This document shows, piece by piece, positions 10,213-24,258 of a stretch of 64,000 nt of DNA (within the stretch, counting starts at the first letter, position 1; every line of letters starts with the position of its first letter). The position numbers were made by a program, and so were the translations under genes. Source of the stretch: Phallusia mammillata (lineage: Eukaryota); contig OZ281494.1 of the NCBI GenBank assembly GCA_965637545.1, positions 27,218,001 through 27,282,000 on the forward strand. Reading direction: 5' to 3'. Under the pieces are notes generated by a model. The model ran no database searches and was not told the DNA's origin. It was given only the letters and a program-made list of their open reading frames with translations.

Positions 10213-13200
10213 GGTTAGATTGTCGACTTGGTATTATAGACTAGTGGTTCTCAAACGTCAAGAATGCGGCGCATGAACAACTGAGATTGCTTTTTATGAC
10301 ATATAAGTAAAAAATGAGCTTTTAAACGTTGTAAATATGTAAGACACATCGCCATCAAATCTAAAAAAACACGAATACAACGATAAAAAACTGTCTTGAA
10401 ATGCCGAGTCCTAAAAGGTTTGGTTTTCTGAGTTGGAGACCTTGTGGTTCTTAATTCCCGTGGCAGGTTAAAATACAGAAGGTGGTACTGAATCTAGGTA
10501 AACAAATGAACACTATAGAACCAATGTAAAAAAACAGCACGAAACCACATGTAACCAAAGGTGCCGTGCCCTAATGGAAACTTCTGTTAACTACAGAAGT
10601 ACTCCAGCCAATAAAAACATGAAAGAAACTATGTCATCGATACAGCAGTGATTCTTAAACGGTGTGCAACACACTGGTGTACCCCGATAGATTTTTAAGT
10701 GCCGCCAATTTAATCAGTTCAAACATTTCCTGGTGTTGTAGCATTTGATTACTAAATGCATGACAACGTATTGAAGCTCATTGTTTTTGTGGTTTCCATA
10801 AAAAGTAATCTTAGACACCACAATGAAGTTGCAAAATAACCATTTTTAACAATTTTGTTATGTTTGCCTTCAAAGCATGCCATGAAATAAACAATTAGGT
10901 CATTAATGGGGCGCATTTTTGAAAAGTTTGAGAACCAATGGCCTACAGCGCTTGACGTGAAAACATTTTTGCTTGAAATTTATTTGTTTGTTTTTTGCAG
11001 ATTCTGGTCGATAAGGAATGGTAAAAAAGAGCTTTGACAATGCATGCTTTTTGATTTTATTGAGTTTAATTGCAAATAAAAACGCACCGTAAATTCTTGC
11101 ATATCTGTAACTATTCAACCGAAAGTTTTTTCTTGTGAACCGTTTAACGCAAGAGGACATATGTTGGCTTTATGTTATTGCTGAATTTACATTAAAGTGG
11201 TTTTAGGTCGAATGCACAAAAAATTATGAATGAAAGTTTTAAATGCAGCAGTGGACAGAAACGTCAGTTACCCAAACGAATAATAATAACAAACTATACA
11301 TTAACACTATCATAAAGCTATGTTGCAATGATGTTTGTATGTGTAAAAATTGACAAACGTTCTGTGCACGAATGAACTATTTTTCAACAAAGACGATGGA
11401 CCTGAGGTAAAGTATGGAAAAATGTAGCACTCTACCTGCGGCAGGGCGTTGATATTGTTTGCTAAGTGTGTGTTGTGTTCAATCGCCAGTCATCTTTATA
11501 ACTCCGCAGGCAAAGTGTGCTGTAACTACACAAGGCGTTTTGTGTTCGTCTTGCCAAATCTGTTGGATGTTTGGCAGCAAGCAAGTTTAGGCTTTAGCTT
11601 GGTACTATGTTAGCCCACAAGTAGTTTAGGATATGTTTGAGTAGCCTTTTTGGATGGTGTCGATTGGAGCTGTTGCAAAACAAGCACTTGTAAAAGTAAT
11701 TGAGAAACATGCGACGATCAGAGCCAAATTGAGTAGACTCAATAAACTGCAAGTTGAAGTTAAGGTTGTATGAGCCATCATGAACCGCAACAACATAAAT
11801 ATCAACGACGACTTTGGTAAGTACAATAATTGTCAAACATTCCCCCAAATGCTCCCCAATGACAAAAACTTTTCCCGCCGTTGCAACTGTTGCGCCATTG
11901 TATCATTATTACGACATAACTGCAAATCTTCTATATGTCTCAATTTCAAGGTTTTTGTCTAAACGTGTAGTAAGGTTGTTGTTTGCGGTAGTTAGTTGTG
12001 TCAGTTTTAAGTTGTGCTGTAGTGGTATAATTTACAATTATAAGTTAGGTTATTTGACTGTTTGTAGTGCAATGTACTTTATTCTATTTGGTTTAGGTTG
12101 TCGAAAACCAACGTTCTCATTCTAGAGACTGAACGGTAGAACTAGCAAAAAACTTGTACGTTACTGTTAGATGAAAACGAATGACTGAAAGCGCCTTATT
12201 GTCATAATAACCATTGCGACTACAACTCAAGAGTGGCATGTGGTGGCTGCCTTCTTAAAACCATGATCAGGATCTCCAGGTTAGAAGTTTAGAAAATGTC
12301 TTTTGTTTTTGATTTTTCCTAAAATAGAAAGTCGTAGTCAATTTACTGCAGATCCGCTTGCTTTGCATGTTATATTGCTGCGGACAATTGTTTTTCTACT
12401 GCCACGACTACAAATTGTCAAGATATCGAACGGTGTTTTTATAGATTATTGGGATTTCAGGTCAGCCGTTTTTTGATTGTTTGATAAACTATTTATCATA
12501 GTGCACCAGAGTCAAATTCATTTTGTGTCATCAATCACGATTTAACTGTTTCGATCATGATGTGATTGCAACATATCATACCCATGTTTACTCTGAAACG
12601 TTGTTTGACCATTAGAAGCTTTAAAATATTACTGTTGAAAATAAACCTAAATCATGAATACCAAAATATAGTTTGTGAAACCACGACGTATAGATATTGC
12701 GAAACAATTATGTAAGCAAGTGCAATTTGTCTTGTATTTTTGTTAACTGGTAATTTTTGGCAATTATTTTGCTTATTTAAGTACAGTCTTTGCGTATTTG
12801 CGTGACTAACGTTTGTATGTGACGTCACACACTTTGTACTGACGTATACCAACGCCAAGGCTAACCAAAAGAGATGAAGAATATTATCATTCGCTTTCGC
12901 CACGACTTTCGATTGAGAAAGCAACAATTTGAACAAAACTGAAAAACATAATTATATAGCTGTAAGAAGTTTGAGTATATAATGGAATATTGTGTTCACA
13001 TATGTATTTTCAAGAAAAATATCCGTTTGGCGAAATGGACGAACATAATGACAGCATATTATCAAATCTAACGTCATGTTTTGAAATGTAAACACTATCG
13101 TGCTTAAAGCATTGCAATTACTCCCAATTTTTTCCTACGATTGAAGAAAAAACGCAAAACCTGTGCTCGAACTTCCATGACCTTTGTTTGCGCGTTTTGT

Positions 13201-13594
13201 TTGTTTTCTTGTGTTAAAAATGAACAGGTCTGTTTTTCTAACTCGACTCTATCGGTATTTACGTGCGGATATGACAAAAACACGACGCAACAAACTAAAC
13301 TATTATTGCACTTGCGTTTTTCCTATCATGGACGCATCCTATGACTGCAAACACGACGTGGACGAACTTACTCATTTTACGCCGCGTTATTTGAGCAACG
13401 TGCCGCTCAGGGCGTGTCACAAATATTCACCAGATATGCTGTGACAAACTCTTGAAAAAACATGGAACAAGTTTTACCGGAATGAAGTCAGTTTCCTAGA
13501 CTTCCGTCAGTCGTATGAAAAGACTAGACAGCACATCTGATAATCAGAAACTAGTTTGTAAGAGCAAGATACTTTGTTACAAATACATTCGAGT

Positions 13595-14879
13595 ATGAAA
13601 TTTCTCGTTTTTATGTCTTGGTTAGTGTTCATCGGTATTCGCTTTTCTTTCGGACAAGTGTAAGTTAAATAACATTGATTTTATAGGCTACTAGTACAAT
13701 ACTTTGCAGTAGTGTTTTGATTCCGTGTTGTAAGTACTTTAGGCTACCCGACTTTGTAAGCTATCATAGCATGCCTTGCAGTTGTAGCATTTCCTTGCTT
13801 AATTTAATTCAAAAACGTTCATGTTTCGAAATCGTTTGCATTATTGAGTTAAAATACGATTTGCAACATCATTTAATCTCAATTGGGTTCACAAGGCTAT
13901 CTCGAAACAAATCCGGCTAAGATTAAAACGCCGTGTACCCAATACGTTATGCAACATGATGACAAAACACAAACATTAGCGATTTATTTTTAGTCTCGAT
14001 TTTGACGAATATGTGAAATTGGATGAAAAACTTCACAAGGATGCAGATTTTCGCAGCAGCCTCGAGACAATAAATAATGAAACTGTTGGTCAACATGCCA
14101 TGCATAATGTTGATTCGAAATGCCTTAGAATATTTCGGGACCTTGTGCAAGGGACGGACCAGTCTATGGGAGCCAGATCCCTTTCTCCCTGGCGATATGT
14201 GAAAAATTACGACAGTCGAAGGTAGACAGAAGTTAATAATTGTTGATGTTTGTACATTTTGCAGTAATTGCTTGAAATCTAAAGTAGCCTGACTGCTTTA
14301 CACAACTATATCACTTGAATATGAATTCTGAAAGCATTTTTCTGTTGAATTTGTACCTAAAACAGATTTAAGAAATCCTTTCCGTAATCGAATAAAATAT
14401 TTTGCAATATGTTTATCCCCGCTGCTGCTAAGTTTAAATTAAAATTTTTCACCAAACACTTTTTGCAAGAAGAAATTCCCTAAATGTTTCCAAAATGACC
14501 AAAATAGTTTACAGTTCGCTTTCAAAACTGTGGAAATGCAAAAATAACTGGAAATCGTGCAAAGTGCTTTTTGCCATTGCCTAAGCGTGCGAACTATTTG
14601 CATAATTTCCTTATTTGGACTCTCTTGTCCAACCACACTTCTGTAAAAATCAGACACCTTTGCATATTTCCGGACAGAGCGCCGGAAGACCGTTACATAC
14701 TGGACACAGCTTGCGTCTGTCGCGGATGCTTTGTTAAAAACGGGGCATCATCTTTTGTCTACACTGAGAGTCTGATCAGCAGACCTATCCCCTTCAGTCG
14801 CAACGTACGAGCAATGGATTACACATCTGTACCAGTCAAAGTCAACCTGGGCTGCCATTGCGTGTTTCCAACCACGTGA
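13595..14879 (+). CDS. IL17: IL-17 class a, copy 2 (~164 aa; C-terminal 16 aa lost to AGA>TGA)
   Basis: Exons 13595-13659, 13994-14221 and 14678-14879. Cystine-knot cysteines intact; ends ...GCHCVFPTT*. Confidence 0.88.
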
Positions 14880-15752
14880 AGTTCACCCAACATTGTGGAT
14901 GACTCTGAAATATTATTGTTTTCGTAAAACAATATGCTTATAATTTGCTTCGTTAACTTTATGAAGTTCGTTCTACGAAGGAAATCCTTATGTTAGTTTT
15001 GAAATTCAAATTAAATACTTTTGTCAAAAATATTACCGACTGCTGATTCAGTGCGCCAATTATTTTTAGAACGGTGTTATAAAGTTTGGTATTGGGCACC
15101 TTAGTATAAGCATAGCGAAAATAAATCCATCAAAATTAAACAACCAGTGATATCAGGGTATGACTTTTGGGTGATTTTCTTTTCTACGCTTTGGTACAGA
15201 AAACTTTTGAGGGTGGTCATACATTACATCGCTTCAGTAACTATAAACTTACCTCAAATCTAAAGAAATACAGCTAGTTAAACTTGGATTAAATTAGGTT
15301 TTTGAACGACCGCAGTGTGTTTAAGATTTTATTTATCGTTGTCAAACAAATGTGAGAAATGCACAGGCCATGTAGGTCCAGTGTTGAAACCGGGTATTCT
15401 TGCTTTGCTGGTTGTTGTGACAAAGTAGCATGTTTGTGTATTTTGGTTTATGACTGATGTCATAGCCTGCTGTAAGTTGGCAAAACAATTATAAAAGCCC
15501 CGAAGTAATTTGCGTACAATTTTGCACGTTGAGTTTGAGTTGTGCCAGTTTCGTTTATTTTCAGCTGTCTTTGGGATTTTGACATCAATCAAGTTAAGGG
15601 TAGTGTTTTTCTGTTTTTTAGAAAGTAGAAATTGAACTTGAAGGTAGAGCTACTAACATAAGAACTCACAATAGCCCGGTTTGCTAATATCCGGTAGATG
15701 ACGCACGCAAATTTGTAAAAGAAATTTGTGTAAAAAATGCTCACAGGTAGGG

Positions 15753-15863
15753 GACAGGACCTTGGCCGAATGGTCAGGCACGCCTGACCCATGTATACAG
15801 ACATAAAAAACCTTGATCGGGAACCCCGTGAAAAAAATAAATAAATAAATGAATAAATAAAAT
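15753..15863 (+). mobile_element. tRNA(Leu)-like short SINE, copy 2
   Basis: Same sequence and 15-bp TSD as 5377-5487. Confidence 0.7.
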
Positions 15864-16673
15864 TGCTCACAGGTAGGGCTATTAGGGTTGGTCTGAGGTT
15901 CCATAATAATTATAACAATAAAATCAACACAAAGACCTAGTTATTTATGCTCTTTACGCCATCGACCGGAAATTAGTAAACCTGGTTACTGTGCGTTCTT
16001 ACGTTAGTAGCTCTTCCGGGTTTAAACCATAACTCCATGCGACGGTTTGTTCCTTGTCACGTTACTATGCTTATAGCACACGTTCATGTTTTGAAAACGG
16101 TTGATCCTTTAATGAGTCGAACTAAAGTACAATTTAAAACATTAGTTAGCCGAAATTAAAATAAACTGACTGCACAAGGCAACCTCATAAAACTCCGGTT
16201 AAGTTTGGAACGCGGTGTAAATCGTTTCCATACCTGATTCCTACGTATTGTAGTCCTCTATGTTTGTTTTTTTAACGCGTGTAACATTTTGAATTATCCG
16301 CAATTTTTTGCGCTAAATTAATCGCAGCAATTTTATGATAGCAGATTTTTTTATCTTGGAAATTTTATTGCATAGTGTTTACGTCGCATCAATTTCATAG
16401 TGTTAACGTCAGTTCAGCAGGAGCGTGTTTTGTACACGTTTTGCTAAACAAGCTTTTTGGGAGATTTTTTTACTTCTTGCATAAAACTCTTTCTTGTAAT
16501 TTTGGGTTTCCCAAGTTCTTTTTCTGTCGTACAGGTTGCGAAGCATAATTCAAAATGTACCTAAAATCGTCCATAACTGTAATTTTCATGTGCTGCTGTA
16601 ACCAGAGTTACCAGATATGACTTTAAAGTACAATTCTATAACTTTCATCCAGTGGCCTTGTGATACCGCGTGA

Positions 16674-16940
16674 TTGGAAATGTATATCGGGAAGACTGGA
16701 AGGTCACTCAACACCCGCCGAAAAGAACATCAACGGGATGTTGCCAACAACGATGCGAAGAAGTCGGCTCTTTCCAATCACGCGATATCACAAGGCTACC
16801 GTATTGAGTTCAATGCGGCGTCTGTTGTGGCCCGACAGCCTGACTACAGGAAAAGACTATTTCTTGAGTCATGGAATATTTACCAACGGGGCAACACAAT
16901 GAACATTAAAACAGACGTGATGCTACAGGCACATGCTTAA
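16674..16940 (+). mobile_element. Penelope-like GIY-YIG relic (copy 2)
   Basis: Same ORF as 6264-6521, with a small deletion near the C-terminus. Confidence 0.8.
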
Positions 16941-17093
16941 AGATTAGAGTTGGGCGCTTTTATTTTATTTGTAACATCATCCGATTAAATACACAGTGAA
17001 AAAAAATGTTTAACGCAAAAGAAACAGTTATGGTGAGTATAAAGTGGCGAATGTAAAAACAAGACACAATCGAAAAATTTTGATTCATTTAAT

Positions 17094-18342
17094 TTAAATC
17101 TTTGGAGGAAAGTCATTTTTCCACCTCAGCCAGTTTTTACTTTTGCGTTTTCGACCGCGTTTAGATTTTGGACGCGTAAAACAAACAGGTTTAGGGGCAG
17201 TTTTGTTTGATGGGGGTTCGTTGCCTGGAAATTGACAAGTACATGCAAATGGGACCTGGACTGTTTCAATACAGCGACGGCGTTTGCCATACTTTTTTAC
17301 CACCGTCATGGGCAAATACATTGGGACACTTCTCATACTCTTGTTTTCCCTTCCGGTGTCATAGTCGATGCAGCCGTCGCAAAGGCACTGGGCTTTTGAT
17401 ATGTACTTTGGTTTTCTAAAATAAAATGTTAAAAGTGAGCATTTGTTAACTTTTTAGGTTTTAATTTTGTTTTAAAATAGCATGAATATGAAAAAAATCG
17501 TATCTTCTACCTCTTTAGGGCAGAAAAACTCCTACTTTACAAAAAGTAATTTGTAAAAGCATGAATCATTACCTTCTCGCATCAAATTCGCGCACAAATT
17601 TCCAGGGTGACAAACTGCGTTGTCTAACAGCTTTGGCTTTTTGTTTATATCGTTTATTGAAACGTGGGCAGCTTTTACTTTGGACTGATCTCTTCTCGCG
17701 ACCAACATAGTCCAAGTCATCGCTAGTGACGTTCACCACTTCCACTGTTTCCATGAGTTTCGGATCTTGGAGTAGAAGTTCTTCAAACTGATAGTATTCG
17801 TTTAACGGTTCAGCCAAAACCCTGTAATTAATAGATAGCTGTTTGTATAACAAGTTGGAGGTTGTAATTGACAATTCACGCGTGTATATTCTGTGTTCCC
17901 AGCAAGGGGGGAGTTTTTTTGGCATAAAGTAACACAAACGAGGATATAGTGCTTGGTAGCAGCTTTCAATATTATATAGCTTAAACCGTAAGAACACCGT
18001 TTATTATCATCTCAAATAGTATGACAGTGATTCGAATTTGGTCAATACACAAACACTGCATTGCATCCAAACTATTGTTTATTGTTGGACGAACTTATAC
18101 CTAACTACACTGTTCGGAATAAGATAAACCTTCTCACGAAAGTGTAACGTACACATGCAATGAATTAAAATCATATTTATGCCGATTTGCAGACACGACG
18201 ATTTGGTAGCTTGAGTTAGATGGTATGATAAAGGGTAATTTACATTTCAATATACTTACATTTCGTTGTTGAACATTTCAACTTCGCTTCCGGTCGCCAA
18301 TCCCGCAATAAAAATCATCAACGTCGGCAAGATCAATGTCAT
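17094..18342 (-). CDS. IL17: IL-17 class b, copy 2 (~217 aa)
   Basis: Exons 18342-18260, 17821-17573 and 17415-17094; open frame and canonical splice sites. Confidence 0.9.
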
Positions 18343-19160
18343 GTCTTTATATGCTCACTTCTCTGCTTAAACTGTTGTCAAACTGCATCTGCAAACTGAA
18401 TTGTTGACACGACGCGGCAAGCTTTTATATCAGAAAGAGGAAAACTAACCCAAGGCGCAGCGAAAATGTCAAACAGTTGGCTGTGACAGTTGGCTTGGAC
18501 GTATTTCAACGCAACACATGAGTATACACGCTCGGCGCCAAACTTGACATCAAATCATTGCCATCAGAACTCCCAAAGGTATTTTGGCACAATGTTAAAA
18601 CATGCTTAACAACATGTTTGCAATGTATTTATAACACACATTCTCCTGGGCATTATTAATCTTAAAGGCTAGGTGGATCGCGAGAGTGGTTGGTAGATTT
18701 TTAGTCAAGTTGGCATTTGAGCAAATGCGCAGTTGTTTTGTTAGAGGTAGGAGTGGGTGCGAACAGCGTACTTTGGTGTATTAGAGAATCTGCGATCTAT
18801 AGCAAATAGAAACCAAAAAATATATTCCTAGGTGTTTGTTTACTGCAGTACAAAAATTTAAGAGATTAAAACAAATTTAAATGTTGGAGCTTTTACCAAA
18901 GGACTGTGCGACATAGAACATACATTGGTAGAAACTGTAGCAAAGAAAGTAGAAAGTGTAGAAAGAAGATAAACCTGAAGAAATAAAACGACTTTATATA
19001 TCCTTTAGAATATTCATCCTTTAGAATATTTGGGTAATATTCAAAACACATAACACACTGATGTCAAATTAAAACTAAATTAAAATTGGGTAAATTAAAC
19101 TAACAGTGTTTATTTTGTTTGCCAGTGTTACTAGGCAGTATAAAAAAAATAGTTCCAAAA

Positions 19161-20271
19161 ATGTTGCGGTTTGCAAATCATCTGTTGCTTTTTACCGTTT
19201 TGGCAGCTTTGGCACATTCATCATATGTTCCACCACCAACATGTGGGTATCATTTTTCCAGTTACTTTTTGTTAATAATGTTAGCGCATAACAATGACTC
19301 CAAACTTATATTGGCTTATATCAGATATTTCGGATTTTACATTTAGAAAAAAAATAACATTATAAAATTTGGGAGGAATAAAATTCGCAGCGTTATTTAA
19401 TTACTGAACAATATCTAGCGCTCCAATAGACAGTTTGTTTATTATTAACAGTCGTCAATTTTAAAATAATTTTCTTTTTGTGTCAATCCCCTTTTTCATG
19501 AGCATATCCTCTTTAAAAACATGTGACCACATTTCACTTATTCAATTTATCTAACTAACTGCATCAAAAAATTTTAGGCACCAAGCAAAACGAAATTATT
19601 GGTAGGCCGTTTCCTTGTGACGCGACATGTGCGAACCCGACTTCGTATGACGCGTGCTCCACAAGCACACCAACCTTCGTGCAAATGTCCCTGCGGATTT
19701 TTCAGAACCGAGGAAGGGAACTGTGTTTTTCTTCGCGATTGCCCTCCTAATAAGGGTCATCCTTGTAAGTATCTTCAGATTTAACCACTTAAGCGAGTTT
19801 GCAAAACGATCAATAACCAGCAACTTTAACGTCATTGTGGTTCAGTTACAACTATAGTGATGCATCGAAGTTTCGCTTGGGGAAAACATATCGGCTGAAT
19901 ATGCCGATTTGGCAATGTTGGACATTTCTTTTGACAAATTGTTTTGTCTAGAAAACTAAAAAATAATAAAAACAGGAAAATATATTTTTAATATTTTCCA
20001 TTCCAAGTTATTTATTTTCAAAAACAGTGATCGTCAATGATCGTACTATCTGTTGGTTAGGGTCTGATACTGTTAAGTATAATCACGTTTAGCTTGGTAA
20101 AATATAATAAATTGGGTTTACCTCGATTTCAGAAAACACCGTCATTCATTCTCGGTTTTCTTCTTAAAATACGGTTTAAAATTACTGAATTCTTGTTTCT
20201 GTGTTTATGTGTTAACTGGAAAGCAGTTAGATGGAACATCCACAACACTGCCTAAAAAGCCGAATTGCTAA
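19161..20271 (+). pseudogene. TIL + thyroglobulin gene, copy 2, disrupted
   Basis: Exons 19161-19242 and 19578-19764 (same +1 frameshift). A 353-bp deletion at 20191/20192 (equivalent to 9780-10132) removes the acceptor and 5' part of the TY exon. Confidence 0.8.
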
Positions 20272-22910
20272 GGTTAGATTGTCGACTTGGTATTATAGAC
20301 TAGTGGTTCTCAAACGTCAAGAATGCGGCGCATGAACAACTGAGATTGCTTTTTATGACATATAAGTAAAAAATGAGCTTTTAAACGTTGTAAATATGTA
20401 AGACACATCGCCATCAAATCTAAAAAAACACGAATACAACGATAAAAAACTGTCTTGAAATGCCGAGTCCTAAAAGGTTTGGTTTTCTGAGTTGGAGACC
20501 TAATTCCCGTGGCAGGTTAAAATACAGAAGGTGGTACTGAATCTAGGTAAACAAATGAACACTATAGAACCAATGTAAAAAAACAGCACGAAACCACATG
20601 TAACCAAAGGTGCCGTGCCCTAATGGAAACTTCTGTTAACTACAGAATTCTCCAGCCAATAAAACATGAAAGAAACTATGTCATCGATACAGCAGTGATT
20701 CTTAAACGGTGTGCAACACATTAGTGTACCCGGATAGATTTTTGAGTGCCGCCAATTTAATCAGTTCAAACATTTTCTTGTTGTTTTAGCATTTGATTAC
20801 TAAATGCATGACAACGTATTGAAGCTCATTGTTTTTGTGGTTTCCATAAAAAGTAATCTTAGCCACCACAATGAAGTTGCAAAATACCCATTTTTAACAA
20901 GTTTTGTTATGTTTATCTGGAAAGCGTGCCATGAAATAAAAATTTAGTTCATTAATGCGGCGCATTTTTGAAAAGTTTGAGAACCACTGGCCTACAGCGC
21001 TTGACGTGAAAAGATTTTTGCTTGAAATTTATTTGTTTTTTTGCAGATTCTGGTCGATAAGGAATGGTAAAAAAGAGCTTTGACAATGCATGCTTTTTGA
21101 TTTTATTGAGTTTAATTGCAAATAAAAACGCACCATAAATTCTTGGATATCTGTAACTATTCAACCGAAAGTTTTTTCTTGTGAACCGTTTAACGCAAGA
21201 GGACATATGTTGGCTTTATGGTATTGCTGAATTTACATTAAAGTGGTTTTAGGTCGAATGCACAAAAAATTATGAATGAAAGTTTTAAATGCAGCAGTGG
21301 ACAGAAACGTCAGTTACCCAAACGAATAATAATAACAAACTATACATTAACACTATCATAAAGCTATGTTGCAATGATGCTTGCTGTGTAAAAAATGACA
21401 AACGTTCTGTGCACGAATGAACTATTTTTCAACAAAGACGATGGACCTGAGGTAAAGTATGGAAAAATGTAGCACTCTACCTGCGGCAGGGCGTTGATAT
21501 TGATTGCTAAGTGTGTGTTGTGTTCAATCGTCAGTCATCTTTGTAACTCCGCAGGCAAAGTGTGCTGTAACTACACAAGGCGTTTTGTGTTCGTCTTGCC
21601 AAATGTGTTGGATGTTTGGCAGCAAACAAGTTTAGGCTTTAGCATGGTACTATGTTAGCCCACAAGTACAGTATGTTAGGATATGTTTGAGTAGCCTTTT
21701 TGGATGGTGACGATTGGAGCGGTTGCAAAACACGCACTTGTAAATGCAATTGAGAAACATGCGACTATCAGAGCCAAATTGAGTAGACTCAATAAACTGC
21801 AAGTTGAAATTCAGGTTGTATGAGCCATCATGAACCGCCACAACATAAATATCAACGACGACTTTGGTAAGTACAATAACGTCAAACATTCCCAAAAATG
21901 CTCCCCAATGACAAAAACTTTTCCCGCCGTTGCAACCGTTGCGCCATTGTATCATTATTACGACATAACTGCAAATCTTCTGTGTGTCTCAATTTCAAGG
22001 TTTGTGTCTAAACGTGTAGTAAGGTTGTTGTTTGTGCCAGTTAGTTGTGACAGTGTAAGGTTGTGCTGTAGTGGTTTAATTTACATATTATAAGTTAGAT
22101 TATTTTGACTGTTTGTAGTGCAATGTACTTTATTCTATTTGGTTTAGGTTGTCGAAAGCCAACGTTCTCATTCTGAACGGTAGAACTAGCAAAAGTCAAG
22201 AGACTGAACGGTTGAACTATAGTTAGCAAAAAGTGCTATAGCAAAAAGCTTGTAGGTTACGGTTAGATTATAACGAATGACTCGCAGCGTCTTATTATCA
22301 TTATAACCATTGCGACTACAACTCAACAGCGGTACTGTGGTGGCTGCCTTCTCAAAACCATGACAGGATCTCCAAGTTAAAAGTTTAGAACAGGTCTTTT
22401 GTTTTGGATTTTTCCAAAAGTCGTGGTTGATTTACTACACATCCGATTGCTTTGGCCCATTTCATTTTAATAAGGTGACATAAACGATCACCAAACTGTT
22501 CCCGATTAAACCTATTGAATGGTTGCTTGTAACAAATATGTGCGAACATGTCATTGTAAACATGATATATTGCTACGGCAATTGTTTTCTATTGCCACGT
22601 CTACAAGTCGTCGAGATATCGAACTGCATTTTTATAGTTTATTCTTATTGAGATTTCAGGTCAGACGTTTTTTAATTGTTTGATAAACTAATCATCATAG
22701 TGCACCATCATAGAGTCAAATTCATTTTGTGCCATTAAATCACGATTTAAACACGATTTAACTGTTTCGATCATGATGTGATTGCAACATATCATACCCA
22801 TGTTTACTCTGAAACGTTGTTTGACCATTAGAAGCTTTAAAATATTACTGTTGAAAATAAACCTTATGAATACCAAAAATATATATTATGAATACCAAAA
22901 TATATATATA

Positions 22911-23506
22911 TTTAGACTGTTTCATGAAGAACAGGTACAAAGCATAAATCATTTCTTTAAAAACAGAAATATATATTTCGCCTTGAATACACAGGCATCA
23001 TCAGTTTCTGTAAAAAAGCAGACACGTGGTGGACTGTCAGTATAAAGTGGTAAAAAATAAAATATGTAAAACACCTGAAAAGTTGTAACTCTACAATTTA
23101 AACACCTGCGAAGCACAGAGGCAAACCATGACTGGCGGGTACCAACAAGCGACACGAGAAAAAACAAAAAAAGGAGACGTAACCCAACTGATAAGCCAAG
23201 AAAAAACACATGCGGAGGGAAGTAATCAACCCCAAGTGCGAGAAAACAATACAAACAAAATAAAAGGCGTAGAAACAAACAAAGGACAATTTACCTCACG
23301 CGCGGTAGGATCATTTTTTGGATGTTGATTTCGGCCTTGATCTTATTAAGCCATTTATCCTCATAAATATCCAAAAGATTGATAGGAGGCATTTCAACGA
23401 AAACGACATAAAAACACAGGTGGATTTGAGGTTTGCGCTTTAGTATGGCATTATGGTTATCCGCATAGTGGCGCAGTAGCGCAGCTCGGTCGTTGTTTGC
23501 AGAGCA
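22911..23506 (-). mobile_element. 3' end of a Penelope-like element inserted upstream of IL17a copy 3
   Basis: Absent in units 1, 2 and 4. The minus-strand ORF tail ...AALLRHY...FVEMPPINLLDIYEDKWLNKIKAEINIQKMILPRVR* resembles PLE endonuclease C-termini (my recall, not a search). A hammerhead motif lies downstream. The insert replaces ~174 bp of target. Confidence 0.65.
22963..23011 (-). ncRNA. Minimal type I hammerhead ribozyme
   Basis: Minus strand reads ACAGAAA-CUGAUGA-U-GCCU(GUGUAUUCA)AGGC-GAAA-UAUAUA-UUUCUGU: 7-bp stem I, conserved core, 4-bp stem II, palindromic AUAUAU stem III, AUA cleavage triplet. Confidence 0.75.
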
Positions 23507-24258
23507 GTATACCAACGCCAGGGCTAACCAAAAGAGAGGAAGAATATTATCAGTCGCTTTCGCCACGACTTTCGATTGAGAAAGCAACAATTTGAACAAA
23601 ACTAAAAAAACACAATTATATAGCTGTAAGAAGTTTGGGTATATAATGGAATATTGTGTTCACATAAGTATTTTCAAGAAAAATATCCGTTTGGCGAAAT
23701 GGACGAACATAATGACAGCATATTATCAAATCTAACGTCATGTTTTGAAATGTAAACACTATCGTGCTTAAAGCATTGCAATTACTCCCATTTTTTTCCT
23801 ACGATTGAAGAAAAAACGCGAAAGCTGTGCTCGAACATTCATGACCTTTGTTTGCCGCGTTTTGTTCGTTTTCTTGTGTTAAAAATGAACAGGTCAGTAT
23901 CTCTAACTCGACTCTATCGGTATTTACGTGCGGATATGACAAAAAAACGACGCAAAAAACTAAACTATAATTGCACTTGCGTTTTTCTGTCATGGACGCA
24001 TCCTATGACTGCAAACACGGCGTGGACGAACTTACTCATTTTACGTCGCGTTATTTGAGCAACGTGCCGCTCAGGGCGTGTCACAAATATTCACCAGATA
24101 TGCTATGACAAACTCTTGAAAAAACATGGAACAAGTTTTACCGGAATGAAGTCAGTTTCCTAGACTTCCGTCAGTCGTATGAAAAGACTAGACAGCATAT
24201 CTGATCATCTGAAACTAGTTTGTAAGACCAAGATACTTTGTTACAAATACATTCGAGT

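Larger units (their letters stand above)
8043..18445. repeat. Tandem segmental duplication unit 2 (10,403 bp)
   Basis: Near-identical to unit 1, junction to junction. Contains TIL-TY gene copy 1, IL17a-2, the SINE, the GIY-YIG relic and IL17b-2. Confidence 0.95.

Noticed and set aside
14877-14879. Selenocysteine or read-through at the IL17a TGA
   Set aside because: The codon is AGA (Arg) in copies 1 and 4, not Cys, and I see no SECIS-like structure; a simple nonsense change is more parsimonious.
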